Assembly (NCBI GenBank): GCA_000934665.2
Contig: KZ538611.1
Location: 1-58,912 of the forward strand
Length of the DNA stretch: 58,912 nucleotides
Source: Catajapyx aquilonaris
Taxonomy: Eukaryota
Reading direction: 5' to 3'
The notes below the pieces were generated by a model. It was not told the DNA's origin. It did not search any database and saw only the letters and a program-made list of their open reading frames with translations. The translations under genes were made by a program, and so were the position numbers. Positions 45,901 to 58,912 of this stretch are shown here, one piece after another; positions within the stretch are counted from its first letter, which is position 1; each line of letters opens with the position of its first letter.

Positions 45901-48900
45901 AGCCAGGAGAATATCCTGGTCAACAGTCACTCCTCTCCGGAGGTTACCTACCCGTACCTGGTTATCCTTTATACCTCTCTGGTTACCTTAAATTCCTTCC
46001 TTAACCTTGCTATCCTCACGTACTCATTTGCTTGCAAATAAACTTACTGTGCTTGAACAAACCCGCTTGCTTTTTCTTCAGTGTGTGTACCCAGCCGCTC
46101 GGGTCACACAAAATATCCTGTCGGTTAGGCCACCCATCGAACCCTCCCCCAGTCAGAAGGCTCTGAAAGGTCTGGGGGCCGGACTTTGTCGGTTTGTTGC
46201 CCACAGGTGGTAAGACCTCTTTGGCTAGTTACATCAGAAAATTCTATTTAAAATTCAGAAGGAGCGATTAGGCAAAAATCGCTAAAGAGTGTATCTCAGT
46301 AATGAGACTGCCCAGACATAATGACTCCTCTACATAAGTTGATCCTCTGGTGGCTAGGAAGGCAGCTGTACGTCGGGGCACTGAGTTCAGATACACCCTG
46401 TATATACATATAATCGTTCGTTACTTACGCCATGCTGCGTCGTTTTAATCCGCCCATGACTTGTGCCCCACCCTGTATATGCAATCATTCTTTCAACAAT
46501 GCATAAAATGATCGCTAATTCAAAATAGACATGCACTTCCTGTTATACACTTTTTTAAATGGCAACAGCTCATTGTAATTCTCGTTTTAATACATTTTAA
46601 TTCCTATGGGGTCCGAAAAGACACCACGCAGGGCCGGATATAGGGGGGAGGGGGGGGGGCAAACGGGGGCACCTGCCCCGGGCGGCAAGAAGGTGGGGGA
46701 GCCATGTCTTTTCCCTGGAAATAAACTTGTCACATGCACACATTGCACTGTTCTGCGTGTTCATTTCCGTTTTGCGGTCGCGACCCCAAATGGGGTCACG
46801 AGGAAGGTTAACTAGCTATTTGTGCAAATTGATTCTATCTCTCTAGAAAATTTGCCCGTAAACGAGATGTGTTAATTTAGCGATTATTGTAATTATAACT
46901 ACCACCGAAGGGGTAGGGTTGAATAATTGGCAGTGGTGTTCGCGAATTTTACGCATCTATTTTCTGGGGTCGCCAACGAAAAATATTGGGAAGCACGGCT
47001 CTATAATGATCGAAAACCCGCTAATGTACGTTGACAACACTGTGGAATATTTGTTTGTGAACTTGTAACGTCAAAACTACAGCCACCTAAGCAGAACTCC
47101 TTTCAAGTGCAATATGCAGATCTGAAATAGTTATTAACCTTCTTGTCCTGCAGAAAGCTTTCATGCTAGCCCTTCTGTTGTGTATTGTCCGGGACAATGA
47201 CAAGACGTGCGTTCATTACGAAAATATCTGCAAACAGTTATTATTTGGACTGGTAGTCAAAACAGTAGTGCTGAGTGCATCTTAGGGACTCTTTCCCAGA
47301 AATGCAAAAGCAACGCTGAAGATGATATTTCTTTCTGGCAGAAAGAAATAGCATCCTCAGCTTGTGTGACCTTGAAGACAAAAAAAATCCTCCTGCGGCG
47401 GTCTCCCTCGCCTTCCACCCCCCTCCCCCCCCCAAAAAAAAAAATCATTCTCCGTGCGCCACTGCCTGAAATACAGTAGATCCATGCCAGAAAAAAGAAA
47501 CCAAACTTTCAAACCGCGGGGGTGGGGGGCGGCAGGAAAGGTTTCTGCCCGATCTCCGAATTTCGTAGATCCGGCACTGACACCACGTCACGGTCCAGGG
47601 TTAAATCGACACTAGCATACACCAACTATTCATATTGTCGTATGAATAAGCGAGTGACTTTCAAACCCCCAATAATTTATCGAGTAACTGACATTTTGGT
47701 GCCTAAAAGTGGTGGAATGCATGTTTATAATTATGTATGGTTGAGCTATTCGTGTACAAATTACCCAAATTCCAGGCCAACGCTAGGACCCCATTATCTC
47801 ACCGAATCTATACACCATGCAACATTGCTGTTCAAAGTGCTGCTGATTTTAGCGCCATCGCATCGATCTAACTCTAACGTAGGCTATACTTACAGGAAGA
47901 ACGTGGACAGGCTTTTGTAAGAGGCGTATTTCTTGGAACGTGGTGCTGTAATGATTATCGTTGTTAAGGTAGGGAAGTTCTTTGCCATCTCGCACATGCC
48001 TCGTAGACACTCGGACACCGGTCAAATGAGTGTGAAGTTGAGATCCAAAAATATAGATACCTCCCGCAGGAAGACCCTTAAAGAAAGGATACATCAGGTG
48101 TAAATAGGCAAAAGGTGTCAGTCACAGTGTCACACAATCTCGAGTAAACTGGACCTGGTATAGTCTGGTTCTTGGGGGCGATATAATAATCCTAACTAGC
48201 ACTTACTAGTGCGGTGCATTCCGGGATGCAGTGTCCAGAGAGCGGGAAGGCAGGGTGTCCCGGAGGAATGGCCATCTTATCAATGTACTCGAGCCCAAGT
48301 TCCATGACTCCAGCATCGTAGGGACGAAGGCGAGATGAAACCCAGAAGCGGATCCCGGAGGAGTCGACCCAGTCATTCCGTTGCTCAGGATTGTTGTAGT
48401 GGATCTCGAGTCGTACGAATGGATTGAAGGAAGGTCCGCCCAGGGGCAAACCTGCTTCCTCAGGGTAGGCGAAACCTCCAGCGCCGACAGCCCAGGCTGC
48501 AACAACCCGATTGCACACCATGGTCGCTTCAGGCCTGCTCGGGGAGTCGCATGGACCGCGGAACTCTGGGATCTCTACTTCTGGGCCAGCCTCGCAATGA
48601 AACACTTCCATGTGGTGCACCAGAGCTGCGTTGCCTTCATCTATCACGGCTTCATACTAATGTTAAAAGCAGATCAAAAAATTGGAGATGTCCATTCAAA
48701 TCATTCTTTTGTGCAGGTGTATTTTTATATTTAAAAAGGTTCCGGACAAACATATGTAGATGTACTGTACAACATCAGCATTCTAACAAGATGAAGGTTA
48801 TAGCAATACCGATGTTGCTTCTACCAGTGTTGTTGTTTGTGAAGTCAATAACTAACAGTATTACATACCTTGAATACATGGTGCTTTTTTCTTAGCTGAG

Positions 48901-51900
48901 GAGGCAATCGCTGGACATGGCACCAATATGTAGTTTCGAGTGCGGGTACACGGACCTTCTGCGAGCGCACGTCGAGTGGACGTGAATGTGGTGGATGTTC
49001 GGAGTCAAGCGGGGCAGAAGGGGGCTTCAGCAGCTGCACCCTAACGAGACCCGCGCAGCATTCCCGGCCAGAAGCTGCAGCCGATTCTTCGTCGACCGGT
49101 GCTTCGAATGCTACACCTTCCAACCGGTACAGTGGGCCGTTCCCAGCACCCCATATCACATGAGTTGTGCCCTCCTGTTGGTTGACACAATAAGAATAAT
49201 GCAGCAAGTCTATTGGCATATTTAACGGCGTTCTGCGATTGATTTCTCATGGTGGTATGAAAGGTGTGTCTTCCTCTCGGATCTGTAGGTTACTTGAGAT
49301 ATTCTCATATGAAATTACCCTAGTTGATTTGGGCGATTTTGTATCCCTTACGGACATAATGGCATGTTAAGGTAACATACATGGGGGTTATCCTGTGCAC
49401 CAGGCAACCCGGAGGAGGTTTTGGGTTAGTATAACCCGCAAGATAACCCCTATTGCTTCTCACTGTAGGTGTGTAACCTGAGCAATATTATCTTCGTAAT
49501 GGATTCGAAATGGTCAAAATCAACTATGATACTCTTCGCCTTAGAGCTTAGGATGTCTCAAGGAACCCAGGTCCGAGAGGAAGTGAACACCTTTAGTATC
49601 ACCCTGGTATAGTAGTATAAAACATTAGTGTGTCCTTATCATTGATTGCAAAATCGCTCTGGGAAATGATCGTACAGATCTCCTTGGCAACTTACTGGTT
49701 AGTCCCAGTTGAAACATTTCTTCGTTGATTACAACTGGATTATGCATCTGGAGCACAGAAGTGTTTGATAAATATTGTATTTCTGACTACACGACGTACT
49801 GCATCCATGCAGTGGCTCATGCATGTTCCAAACGTTCGAGAGACAACGCTGTTAAGTCGTCTTATGCAGTATAGGATGTTACTAAAGGTTATACTCCGAC
49901 TGCTAGGATTCATAAGGTAAACTTGACCTGGTCGGTTTTGGATTGAGACACCTTTAGGAATAATGCTATTTGTAGGTATATGTGAATACCCCATGAGCAT
50001 GATAGGAAATATCCTGAAGCTTACTGTAGATGACTCATCGGCTAACACGGGTGTTGGGGGGGGGGGGGGNGGGGCGACCTCCAGGATGGGTAGGCCTACT
50101 ATTATTCAATTGGGTAAATCAGCTACTGTACTTGTAAAATTCACAGGCTATTATCGGGAGCAGAAATCGGTAAATCATTTTTTGGAGAAAAGCTTTTCTG
50201 TTACCTCAAATACCTCTCACGGTTTTAACTGTCCATATATTATCATTAGTTAAGTGCTCAGATTAAATTCTGCGCTAGGTAGATATTGAAATTGGATACT
50301 CGCATTTACTCTTGGTAATGATGTATAGCTTGTATATTACTTACATTAAACTAACCACTGGCGCCTATAATAAATATTAGAGAAGGGCTTATCAATCGCA
50401 CGTACTAATAGAGTACAGTACATTATATTAAAGTCCCTGTATTCCTATTTTGAATAAATTAAACAGCACCGCTTAATCAAAGATTACAGTGAATGTGGCA
50501 CATTATTATCATGAAGCACTTCCTAATCTTTCTTTTCAGGAAAGGTTGCATTCTGAGACATTAAAGAAATCTTAATTTAAAAGCAGTGTCAGGATGCATA
50601 CCCTGCCAATAAGGATTGCGTGTGTAGTACAAGGTTTTGCGCCCTCAGCATAGTGCAGGCAACAGTACTGTTGTGTAAGGAAAGCGGCGCCTCGAGAGTC
50701 ATCTGTTAGTATCGAATCCCGTTAAGTAAGTACATGCAAGTTTTGTACAATTACATTTACTTGGTTTGGGCTAACTGTAAGCCAGTAAGAGAAACCGAGT
50801 TTGAAATTTCCTGAGGGCTGACAACACACAAGTCACCTGCCAACAAACCTGTAGAATATGATCAAAGCTGACCTGAATGATGTAGTCTTGGTCGTCGCAA
50901 GTGTCCCATCGTCGCCTGAAGGCAAACTTGGTGACGTTTCCATCTCGACGGAATCGGAAATTTCGGCAATCCTGCTCTTTGTCTAGATGCATGCGCCCTT
51001 CTTCGCCATCAGTGTAGGCATCCTACAAATAGCATGACATAATCACCATCCTAAGGGATCCTCTTTGTAATATCCAACTTAATTCAAATGCTGATGCGTT
51101 GCTGATAGATTTTGATTGTGGAATGAAACCGGAGAATTCCGAAGAAAAAAACACGCAAGCAATGTGACAACATTACTGCATAATTGGCATAATCTAATAT
51201 TTTAGTACTAATGTATAGCAACCTTTACCACACATCCCGCTCTCTATAGGCAACCATTAAAATTGTACGGGATGTTTCGCCTGCTCATGACTGCCAGGTG
51301 GTTGCCCTGTAAGTCTAGGGGCGGTCTCTTATACTAGTAATAGACACCCTGTACATACACCTCTGAAACATTATCATCGTCATCCTCCTCCTCATTTTTG
51401 TTGTTGCTGCTGTTACAAGCCATTATTCAGCTTTTCATTGGCACATTTTTATGCAAGGGATATTCCCAAATCAATCGCTACTCTAGTATGCGTATGAAAA
51501 TATTGTCGCAGGAGTGCGCAAACACAAGGAGATTAGCCTTAATATGGGTACACACTTTGTGCATTTGCTCTGAAAGGTGCACTCAAGAACTTTGCAATAA
51601 GTATACACCTCCAGCACTATTTCTGTCAAATTATCAAAAATAATACAGCCAATCACAAGGATATTATTTTCTTCGTTTAAAAACTACTGACCTGTTGATA
51701 TTCATTTCAACCAGTCACATTTTTAACGTATTTCGTACGTATTTCGTACGTATAAGAAAGTACAGTATGTCATGCAACCAAAATGTACTGTACAAAAAAT
51801 GCACGATACAGTCATGTTTCCGAGTAACTACAGTAAAACCTCGATATAACCCTCTTCAAGGGATCTCCCAAAAGTAGCGTTATAAGCGGGATAGCGACAT

Positions 51901-53596
51901 AGCGTTATATGCGGGAAAATTTACCATAATTATGGAAATTATCAAGGAACCGGAAAAGGGGGCATTGAAACCGGGAAAGCGTTATACAGGGTGACCACGG
52001 TAACTCTGGCAAAAATCACAGGGTGGGTAGAGGCACCATAGGAAAGTATTTTGAGCTTCGGTACCCATGTCCGGAAATGCCCCCGTACGGCCGTTTCCAC
52101 CTTTGGTCTGTTGCGCCTGGTGGGTAGGCAACCCACCGTACTCGAAGCTTGCGTTCATCAGGTGTGTCGTGTGTGGAGGAAACGAAGGTGAAAACAATTA
52201 TTGCGAGTGTCAAGTGTAAAACCTGATGAACGCAACCTTCGAGTACGATGGGTTGCCTACCCACCAGGCGCAACATACTAAAGGTGAAAACGGCCGTACC
52301 CCCGTACGGGGGCATTTCCGGACATGGGTACCTAAGCTCAAAATACCTGCCTATGGGGCCTCTACCCACCCTGTGGTTTTTGCCGGAGTTACCGTGGTCA
52401 CCCTGTATGCGGGAGCGTTATATCGAGGTTTTACTGTATTCGTCAACTATTATTACATTCGTTATCAAATCACAAAATTACTTCGAATCACTTATGACTG
52501 GGTGTATCATAGCAGATTTGCGAGAACATCTCTGATTGTGAATTCTTCTACAAAATTGTAGATTTTCCCTAATTTCACCCCCACTTGACAGACTGCAAGG
52601 AAGTGTTTCTTCCCGAAACTGGAGTAATTCCACATTTCTGTTTAGCAAAGAATAATTTATTTAAATAATTGCGCGGTTTTGGAAGAATAAATATTATTCA
52701 GCTTCATCTCATGCATTAATAATAGTGATGGATCTTTCCATAACGCGACATTAGCACAAGCAAAATAATAATTTTAGCTGTTCTAATAAATAAACAACGA
52801 ATGAATGAATAATACCTGAAAATGTTGCTGTCCTTTCCAGTCGACCCAAAGGACGCATAAGTCGGCGTTCTTGTTGCTGCCATAGTCTGAGAATCCAATG
52901 GCAAACCATTGTAGGTCCGAAAGAGTGGCATGAACTTCCATGCTGACTTCTCGGATTTCATAGTCGACTTTCCAAAAGAGTTGTCTAGAGCCGGTACGTT
53001 CCAATCGCACTTGCCACGTCTTCTTCCCTCCTGACCCACGGCTGCGGGACACTTCTCCTGTAGACATGAAACAAGCACTGATTACCATCATTCTTCTACT
53101 ACACAGGTTATCGTCAATATTCAACCTGCTCAACTTTCCTGCAGTTAAAGCTCCTCGGTCATTCAACAGTAGCTACTCTCTGTCAAACAAATCTTCCGGC
53201 CAAACATAACCTGGAGCTACGTATACTCCCAGCAGGATGCATAGTTTTTTCTTCCCTTAAAAGTGACGACTGATGACGATTAGGCCTACACATAAACATA
53301 GCATACATTGGCCGAATTTGACATATACAGTAGTATACATGCCTTCTCAAAGTAAAAAATAAAGAAAGTAAAATGGTACCATTGGAAACAATCCTGAGTT
53401 GTGCATCCGCTTCAGCCTGCACTTCGTCCGAGGTGTCTTGCTCCTGCTCATCCATCGGACTAGAAGCAGCGATGACCTCTTGAAGCTCCTTGTCCAAATT
53501 GGCCGCCTCGCTTCTGATGCACCAGCAACCCACCACAATCAACAATATCAAAGCCCATTCCCATTTCCTCCTCATCAGTCTAGGTTGGACTTGCAT
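42920..53596 (-). CDS. Tbh: Tyramine beta-hydroxylase (DOMON plus copper type II ascorbate-dependent monooxygenase), about 712 aa
   Basis: Exons 53596-53380, 53057-52816, 51022-50873, 49174-48869, 48656-48207, 48076-47894, 44529-44070 and 43050-42920; phase-consistent. DOMON motifs WFAIGFSD..NADL; ETTYWC; copper ligands LVHHM, EIHYNN, QLHTHL and DEMC; the DBH/TBH-type DAGVMELGLEY..KMAIPPG. The last exon is less certain (AAG acceptor); without it the frame stops at 44032. Confidence 0.93.
43413..43787. mobile_element. Fully palindromic Tc1-type MITE
   Basis: TA-CCGGGTGGTCACGAATTCGTCTGC...GCAGACGAATTCTTGACCACCCTG-TA; arms pair in to ctggttgccgg/ccggcaaccag. Confidence 0.85.
45186..45436. mobile_element. 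hAT-type palindromic MITE
   Basis: CAGGGTC...GACCCTG with 8-bp TSD ggacatgt/ggacatgc; interrupts the transposase fragment. Confidence 0.85.
45600..46400. mobile_element. Tc1-type non-autonomous element with TIRs of about 110 bp
   Basis: TA-CATGGTGTATCTGAACTCAG...CTGAGTTCAGATACACCCTG-TA. Confidence 0.85.
46629..47579. mobile_element. hAT-type non-autonomous element inserted into the piggyBac TIR
   Basis: CAGGGCCGGAT...ATCCGGCACTG with a perfect 8-bp TSD acaccacg (46621-46628 and 47580-47587). Confidence 0.85.
49248..49606. mobile_element. Degenerate MITE
   Basis: catggtggtatgaaaggtg..cttcctctcgga pairs with tccgagaggaag..cacctttagtatcaccctg; no clear TSD. Confidence 0.6.
51831..52436. mobile_element. 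pogo/Tigger-type MITE containing a nested palindromic Tc1-type MITE at 51987-52405
   Basis: Outer TA-CAGTAAAACCTCGATATAAC...GTTATATCGAGGTTTTACTG-TA; inner TA-CAGGGTGACCACGGTAACTC...GAGTTACCGTGGTCACCCTG-TA with arms of about 180 bp. Confidence 0.9.
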
Positions 53597-54332
53597 CCTA
53601 CCTAGCCGGATGCTATTGTATTACTGCCGGATGCTTGCTGTTATCGCAATGAACATGGGGCCTTCTCCTCCAATATATTTATTGTGCTTCCCCCTCCCCC
53701 GTCCGCTTCCTCACCTTCCAGGCAGCACAGCCCTGGCATTCGCTGGTGGATCCAGCACATATCCTAATCTATCCATGGCGCACTCAGCTAGCGCATCGTC
53801 ATAAAGGAGGATGGACGTGGTTCCATGCTGACCACAAGCCAACTATTTGCCAACTCTCTTTCATGGCACAAGTCAAAAATTGTCACGTACTGTAATAGAC
53901 TGGCCATTTATAATTGAATTGTTAGCTATTCCTTCGTTTACTGAAATTGCACGCTTTTACTTTCCTTCAGAGGATAAGAAATCGAAAGTACGGATCCACA
54001 CAATCTAATATTACCAACTAATTCATTCAATAAACACTAAATGTGTCTATTCATAAGTAGCTTAAAAATAAGCATCTTAGTGGCAAAAATCGATAACCCT
54101 AACGGACACTTAATTTGGAACATTTTGTGAGACGTTATTGTGATATTTTAAGTAACATAATTTGTGCACATAATTTTTGCACTATTGAGCCATGAGTTTA
54201 TAGGGCTTGCATGCTATGAAGAGAATTTTCCAGAAACTCTCTCTCCGTCATCAGACATTCCAAGCATTTCGCAAGTCGCCTTCTCAATATGCAGACTCAT
54301 ATCGGTCATTTCGTCTTCTGAATTAACCAACA

Positions 54333-54384
54333 CTTGGCACCAACATGCCAAAATTAGGCAAAAAATTAGGCAAAATTGCGAAAG

Positions 54385-54441
<57 letters not shown>

Positions 54442-55113
54442 GGACCAGGCAGCGACATCCGACGGCGAAGTGCCGAAAGACGGCGCAGAAGCAAGCGAGT
54501 CGCCACCCAGGAGGTGGCGCCCCGCGGCCGGAACGTCGTTTATAGGAACTCCGTGGAAAGGTCTCGTTGGTTTTTTTTAGGCGGTCGGCGTTTTTTGCGT
54601 TTTATAAATTCCCTGGACACTATTTCCACAAAACAAAAGTTTATTGCAAATATAGAAAACGCGGGCTAAATTTTGGCATAACTCCCAATGCTGTAGGCCA
54701 TACACAGCGGGAGGAATCGCCATCACAGTAGGGTATTATTAATACCCTACTCTACTGTACCCATAACTCCGCCCGAACCGTACTGCCTACAGCGTTGGGA
54801 GTGCTCTCAAAATTTTGCCCGTGTCTTCTATACATGCCCACCACTTTTTTTTAAAAAAAAAGTGACCAGGGAATTTATAAAACGGGGAAAAAATGCGACG
54901 GCCTACACCGACAGCCTAAAAATAACAAAAAAACGGCAGCGACATTTTCAAGGAGTTCCCAGCAAGTGGCAACTGGCTGACTTCCTATCCATCAGCCTTA
55001 CTTCGGTATTTCGCCGTCGGATGTCGCTGCCTGGTCGAATGGCGTCTCTCTCTTTTTCTCTCTCTCTCCTTCCCTTTCGCAATTTTGCCTAATTTTGGCA
55101 AGTTGGTGCCTAG
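54333..55113. mobile_element. About 780-bp imperfect palindromic foldback element upstream of Tbh, containing (GA)n at 54387-54438
   Basis: ggcaccaac..gccaaaattaggcaaaa..gaccaggcagcgacatccgacggcgaa pairs with ttcgccgtcggatgtcgctgcctggtc..ttttgcctaattttggca..gttggtgcc; centre agtagggtatt/aataccctact near 54740. Confidence 0.85.
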
Positions 55114-56266
55114 TATAGATTTTTTTGGAGGCCATAATAAGGACTGTCATTTTGCACTATGGCAGCATAATTATGACGTTATGACTGTATCCTCGGGCAA
55201 AATAATTTACGACACAGCTTTAGCTACGTTACCGTAAGAATTTTCCGCTTACAGTGAGTCACCATGTATCACACATAGAAAATAATGAACTTATCCGTGA
55301 ATCTGACGGGTCATCGTATATGATCAGTATAAATATACTGTAGTTGTGGATAATACGGACCGAACTACTAACAAAGCACGGTAATGTAGCCGAGAAAACT
55401 AACCAGAAGTGCCGACCTACACTGTCAGTTTAAAAGTGTAGAAAAATAAACAATTTCGTGGCACAAGCATTGATCGTTGGAGAGTTATAGGAAGATGACA
55501 GAGGAGAATTAAATTCTCTCCACCAGTCTCAATAATAGAGCGGGTTTAGAGGTGCACGAGCAGGATTGTGAATTTCATCAAGAGCAGGCAGACAAAAAAA
55601 AAAAATGTGCTGCCTGAAATTCCTTCTTGGCGCCCGTAGGAATTCATTCTCGCCCACAATAATAGCCTTGCTATGCCCTCATCCTCACCTCGGACGGCCT
55701 TTTATTACTGCGCAAGCATTTCTTCGTATATCCTCACCTCTCAAACCCAACAACTCATCTCTGGCTCACTCACTAGATAGTTACGTACTTTAAGGGCTGG
55801 TTCAGGTACCTTGCATGAGGTTGACGTTTTATCCCTCAGCTGTTTATTGTGAAGCAGTCACTTTGAGGGAGTCTTAAAATTGAATGGGCTCATTTCATAC
55901 TTCAATGCAACCGAAATAAGAAGTTGGTGGTCACTATAGGATGGACACCTCAGACTTTAAGCACATTGCTGAGATTGGGCTGGAATCAGCAAGAAAACTA
56001 AAAGCCAACGATGGCTCAGCACTGAAGTTTTCTGAGGTCTCCTTTTTCCATCTGTCTTCAAAAAAGCCTTACGTGATGGAGGTGACCTACACCCATAACT
56101 TTGAGAGTGCCATATCTACACACCTGTGACCATCGGGAATAGAGGAAGGAGACCTAACGTTCTACACCCTTTCGAAGGCAATCAGAAGTACGAAGGTGCC
56201 ATTCCCATAAACCACAAAAAGTATGAGGACATACAGTCCCGCATCTAAGCCGAAAATGATTGGGGG

Positions 56267-56454
56267 NNNNNNNNNNNNNNNNNNNNNNNNNNNNNNNNNN
56301 NNNNNNNNNNNNNNNNNNNNNNNNNNNNNNNNNNNNNNNNNNNNNNNNNNNNNNNNNNNNNNNNNNNNNNNNNNNNNNNNNNNNNNNNNNNNNNNNNNNN
56401 NNNNNNNNNNNNNNNNNNNNNNNNNNNNNNNNNNNNNNNNNNNNNNNNNNNNNN
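56267..56454. other. Assembly gap flanked by poly-G
   Basis: Run of N. Confidence 0.99.
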
Positions 56455-56494
56455 GGGGGGGGGGAACATGATTAGGAAGTAGGAAACTATACTA

Positions 56495-57945
56495 GTGAAG
56501 CTTGTGATAGGTTCCTGACCAAAATTTAGTTCGAATTACACATGGGTGCAATACTGCCCTAACCCTTTGGCCTTTTTTTTTCAAACATGGCTACCATAAT
56601 TTGTTCATACTTAGAGTGGGTGGTGCATCATCATTATTACAATAGTACATATTTGTTCCTTATTAAGTGCCTTGTATATTGGGAAAGAAATGAAAAGAGT
56701 CATACAGAAAAGGTGATTTATGGCCTTATGGGTCATCTCAAACTTTTTGCTTCAGTTTTCTCAAAATCAGGTCCAGGTGGGTTGGGGCGATATTGCACCG
56801 AGCCCTAGGGTGAATGAGGGCCTGCATTGCGGTTCTCCTGAATATCCCAAATGGAATTTTCTACAGATCTAGAGCACTGATCAAATGCTCGTAGTCAGGT
56901 TGATGGGATACCATGCAACCAAGTAGCCTATGCTGCAGTCTATCCTTATACAGTAGTATATATAGGCCCTATATTATGACAAAGAGCTAATAAGTTATTA
57001 GTTCTTGTTATGACTTTAGGCGTTTAGGCAATTATTTAGCCTACACTGCTTATTTCTTTATGTGTTATATGCCATTGAATGCTGTGTATTTATGTTGCGT
57101 CATAATGGTCATATTTATTAATTGCGATTCTCCCCAGGATTCTCCTGATCATCTCGATAATGGTGTTGCTAGTGTTAAGCCTCGATGTGCATGTGTCCCA
57201 TGGACGTGCCTGAGCCTATTAAGGTTGTTTGCTTATACTGTAGCCTACGTACGTATAGGTGTAAATGGCATAAGGTAATTAACGGGGGTTAGTAACGGTA
57301 GTGTCATGATTGTGTGCTTTAGTAGACCGTTCTTGCACATAATTATCTGGTGCGAGGTCAAATTCCAACAAGTCCCAAGTTTTTGAGTCATGTCCGTGTA
57401 CAGAAACAAAAACTTCTATAACATCATCCAGGTAGCAGAAGGCCTACTGTGCAAGGATTGTGTCTTTTTTGCTTATTTATGCAGCCATATTGTGAAGCTC
57501 AACCAAATATCTGTTGGTTTGGTTGCTTGAATGCATATCGTTGGCAGAGGAGAACGGGCGAATATACCATTTTATAAATTTTACAGGAGAGGCAAAAATA
57601 GGTTGAACATACGAGGCCCAGTCAAACCAAAATTGAGGCTGATTTTTTATGTGAAGGGGTCGGTGCAATACTGCCCTAACCCTCCCAAACCTGATTTCGA
57701 GAAAAACGCATTTGAAAGTTTGAGATGGCCCATAAATCACATTTTCCATGGGACAATTTTCATTTCTACCCCAATATACAAGGCACTAATAAGGAACATT
57801 TACGTGCTATTATGATGATGATGATGCACCACCCACTCTAAGAATGAACAAAATAAGGTGGCCGCGTGTGAAAAAATGGCTTAGGGCAGTATTGCACCCA
57901 ACTTGTAATGCGAACTAAATTGGTCAAGAACGTATCACAAGTTAG
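56495..57945. repeat. Two diverged inverted copies (about 56495-56807 and 57655-57945) of one repeat family
   Basis: Shared ggtgcaatactgccctaa, ttagagtgggtggtgcatcatcat/atgatgatgcaccacccactctaa and catctcaaactt/aagtttgagatg. Confidence 0.75.
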
Positions 57946-57949
57946 TTTA

Positions 57950-58675
57950 ATGTTAATATAAATGATATCAAATGAACTGTCGTGAGATGAGGAACATTTT
58001 GGTGGCAACTGGTTTAACCTAGATTGTAAAATAAAAATGTTTAAAAAAATCGCATTATTGAGCAAAACGGACACATTTCATATTGTCCAATGTCATGGTT
58101 AAACACATGCTAAGGGTGTGGAATTAATATGGTAGGTATACATTGTCATCTGATCATTACTATACTGTCGAAGGACAGCATCACAGGTCAAGCAGTCTTG
58201 GAAATAAAACTTCTGAAATGTCTGTTTTCCACTAATTTGGTCATCTTTGGGGTCATTTTTCTCAGTGTGGGGCTGGGTCAATTTTTAAGTTATCGCAGAA
58301 ACGTCTTTTCATGCATAACATAGCGGTATAGGAACTGTTCACTTACCATGAATGGTTCACTCGCAACATCAAATAACGTGGAGTACCCTATAGAGGGCTT
58401 TTTCCGACATTTCAGATTTATTATCTCCAAGTCTGCCTGACCTTGATGTTGTCCTGCAGTAGTAATGACTACTGATGATCAGATGACAATGTACCTACCA
58501 TATTAATTCCACACGCTTAGCATGTATTTAACAATGACATTCGACCATATGAAATGTGTCCGTTTTGCACAATAATGCGATTTTTTTAGCATTTTTATTT
58601 CACAATCTAGGTTAAACACGTTGCCACAAAATGTTCCTCATCTCACAACAGTTCATTTGATATTATATGAACATG
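57950..58675. mobile_element. Foldback element core with inverted arms of about 280 bp
   Basis: atatcaaatgaactgt..gtggaattaatatggtaggta..cattgtcatctgatcat pairs with atgatcagatgacaatg..tacctaccatattaattccac..acagttcatttgatat. Confidence 0.85.
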
Positions 58676-58881
58676 AGGGTACAACAATAATTTCACCTGA
58701 AATAAATGGACCTTCGAATCCGGCTCCATTGTTGCTGAAAGACGTTGCCATATCTCCGTGGGATTTTCACCTGGGAGGCTCTTAACTTTATTTTTGGCAA
58801 CACTTCCATGATTTTTATATCAAATTATGAGATGGTCGAGCCACCAAGTTGTCTGTCTTGACATGGAATGACCCAACTACG

Positions 58882-58912
<31 letters not shown>
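58882..58912. repeat. (ATT)n microsatellite
   Basis: Direct reading. Confidence 0.9.

Larger units (their letters stand above)
44662..46475. mobile_element. Tc1/mariner foldback element with the transposase C-terminus on both arms
   Basis: TA flanks; TIR ggggcaaaagtcatgggcggattaaaacgacg pairs with cgtcgttttaatccgcccatgacttgtgcccc. Peptide GYLKSLVFATRPQSLADLKDQIRHAVRNI..DMLECVMKGFVRR on the minus strand, with its inverted copy from about 45100. Confidence 0.85.
44566..47600. mobile_element. piggyBac-type MITE hosting nested insertions
   Basis: TTAA-CCCTGGAACCATGACGTGGGGTCTTTTAGGACCCCA...TGGGGTCCGAAAAGACACCACG[insert]TCACGGTCCAGGG-TTAA. Confidence 0.8.

Noticed and set aside
51942..52561. Mirror-image ORFs on opposite strands
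   Set aside because: They arise from the inverted arms of a MITE and show no protein motif.

Overview
Eukaryotic genomic DNA, most likely an insect or other hexapod (inferred from gene content and short GT-AG introns); no prokaryotic features. Four spliced genes were reconstructed by hand with consistent exon phases. (1) The 5' end of PMS2 (minus strand, runs off the left edge). (2) A secreted clip-domain serine protease homolog (plus strand, about 1161 aa, catalytic Ser replaced by Gly) whose clip cysteines appear split by a large Gly/His/Tyr-rich insert. (3) A giant (>2270 aa) low-complexity protein with a C-terminal membrane anchor (minus strand); its link to two probable N-terminal exons is unresolved. 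(4) Tyramine beta-hydroxylase (minus strand, 8 exons, about 712 aa). Introns and intergenic DNA are dense with non-autonomous DNA transposons (Tc1/mariner, pogo, hAT, piggyBac and PIF/Harbinger types), many almost fully palindromic. These include a five-element nest in one Tbh intron and two foldback elements carrying inverted transposase fragments. All family assignments are by eye; no searches were run.
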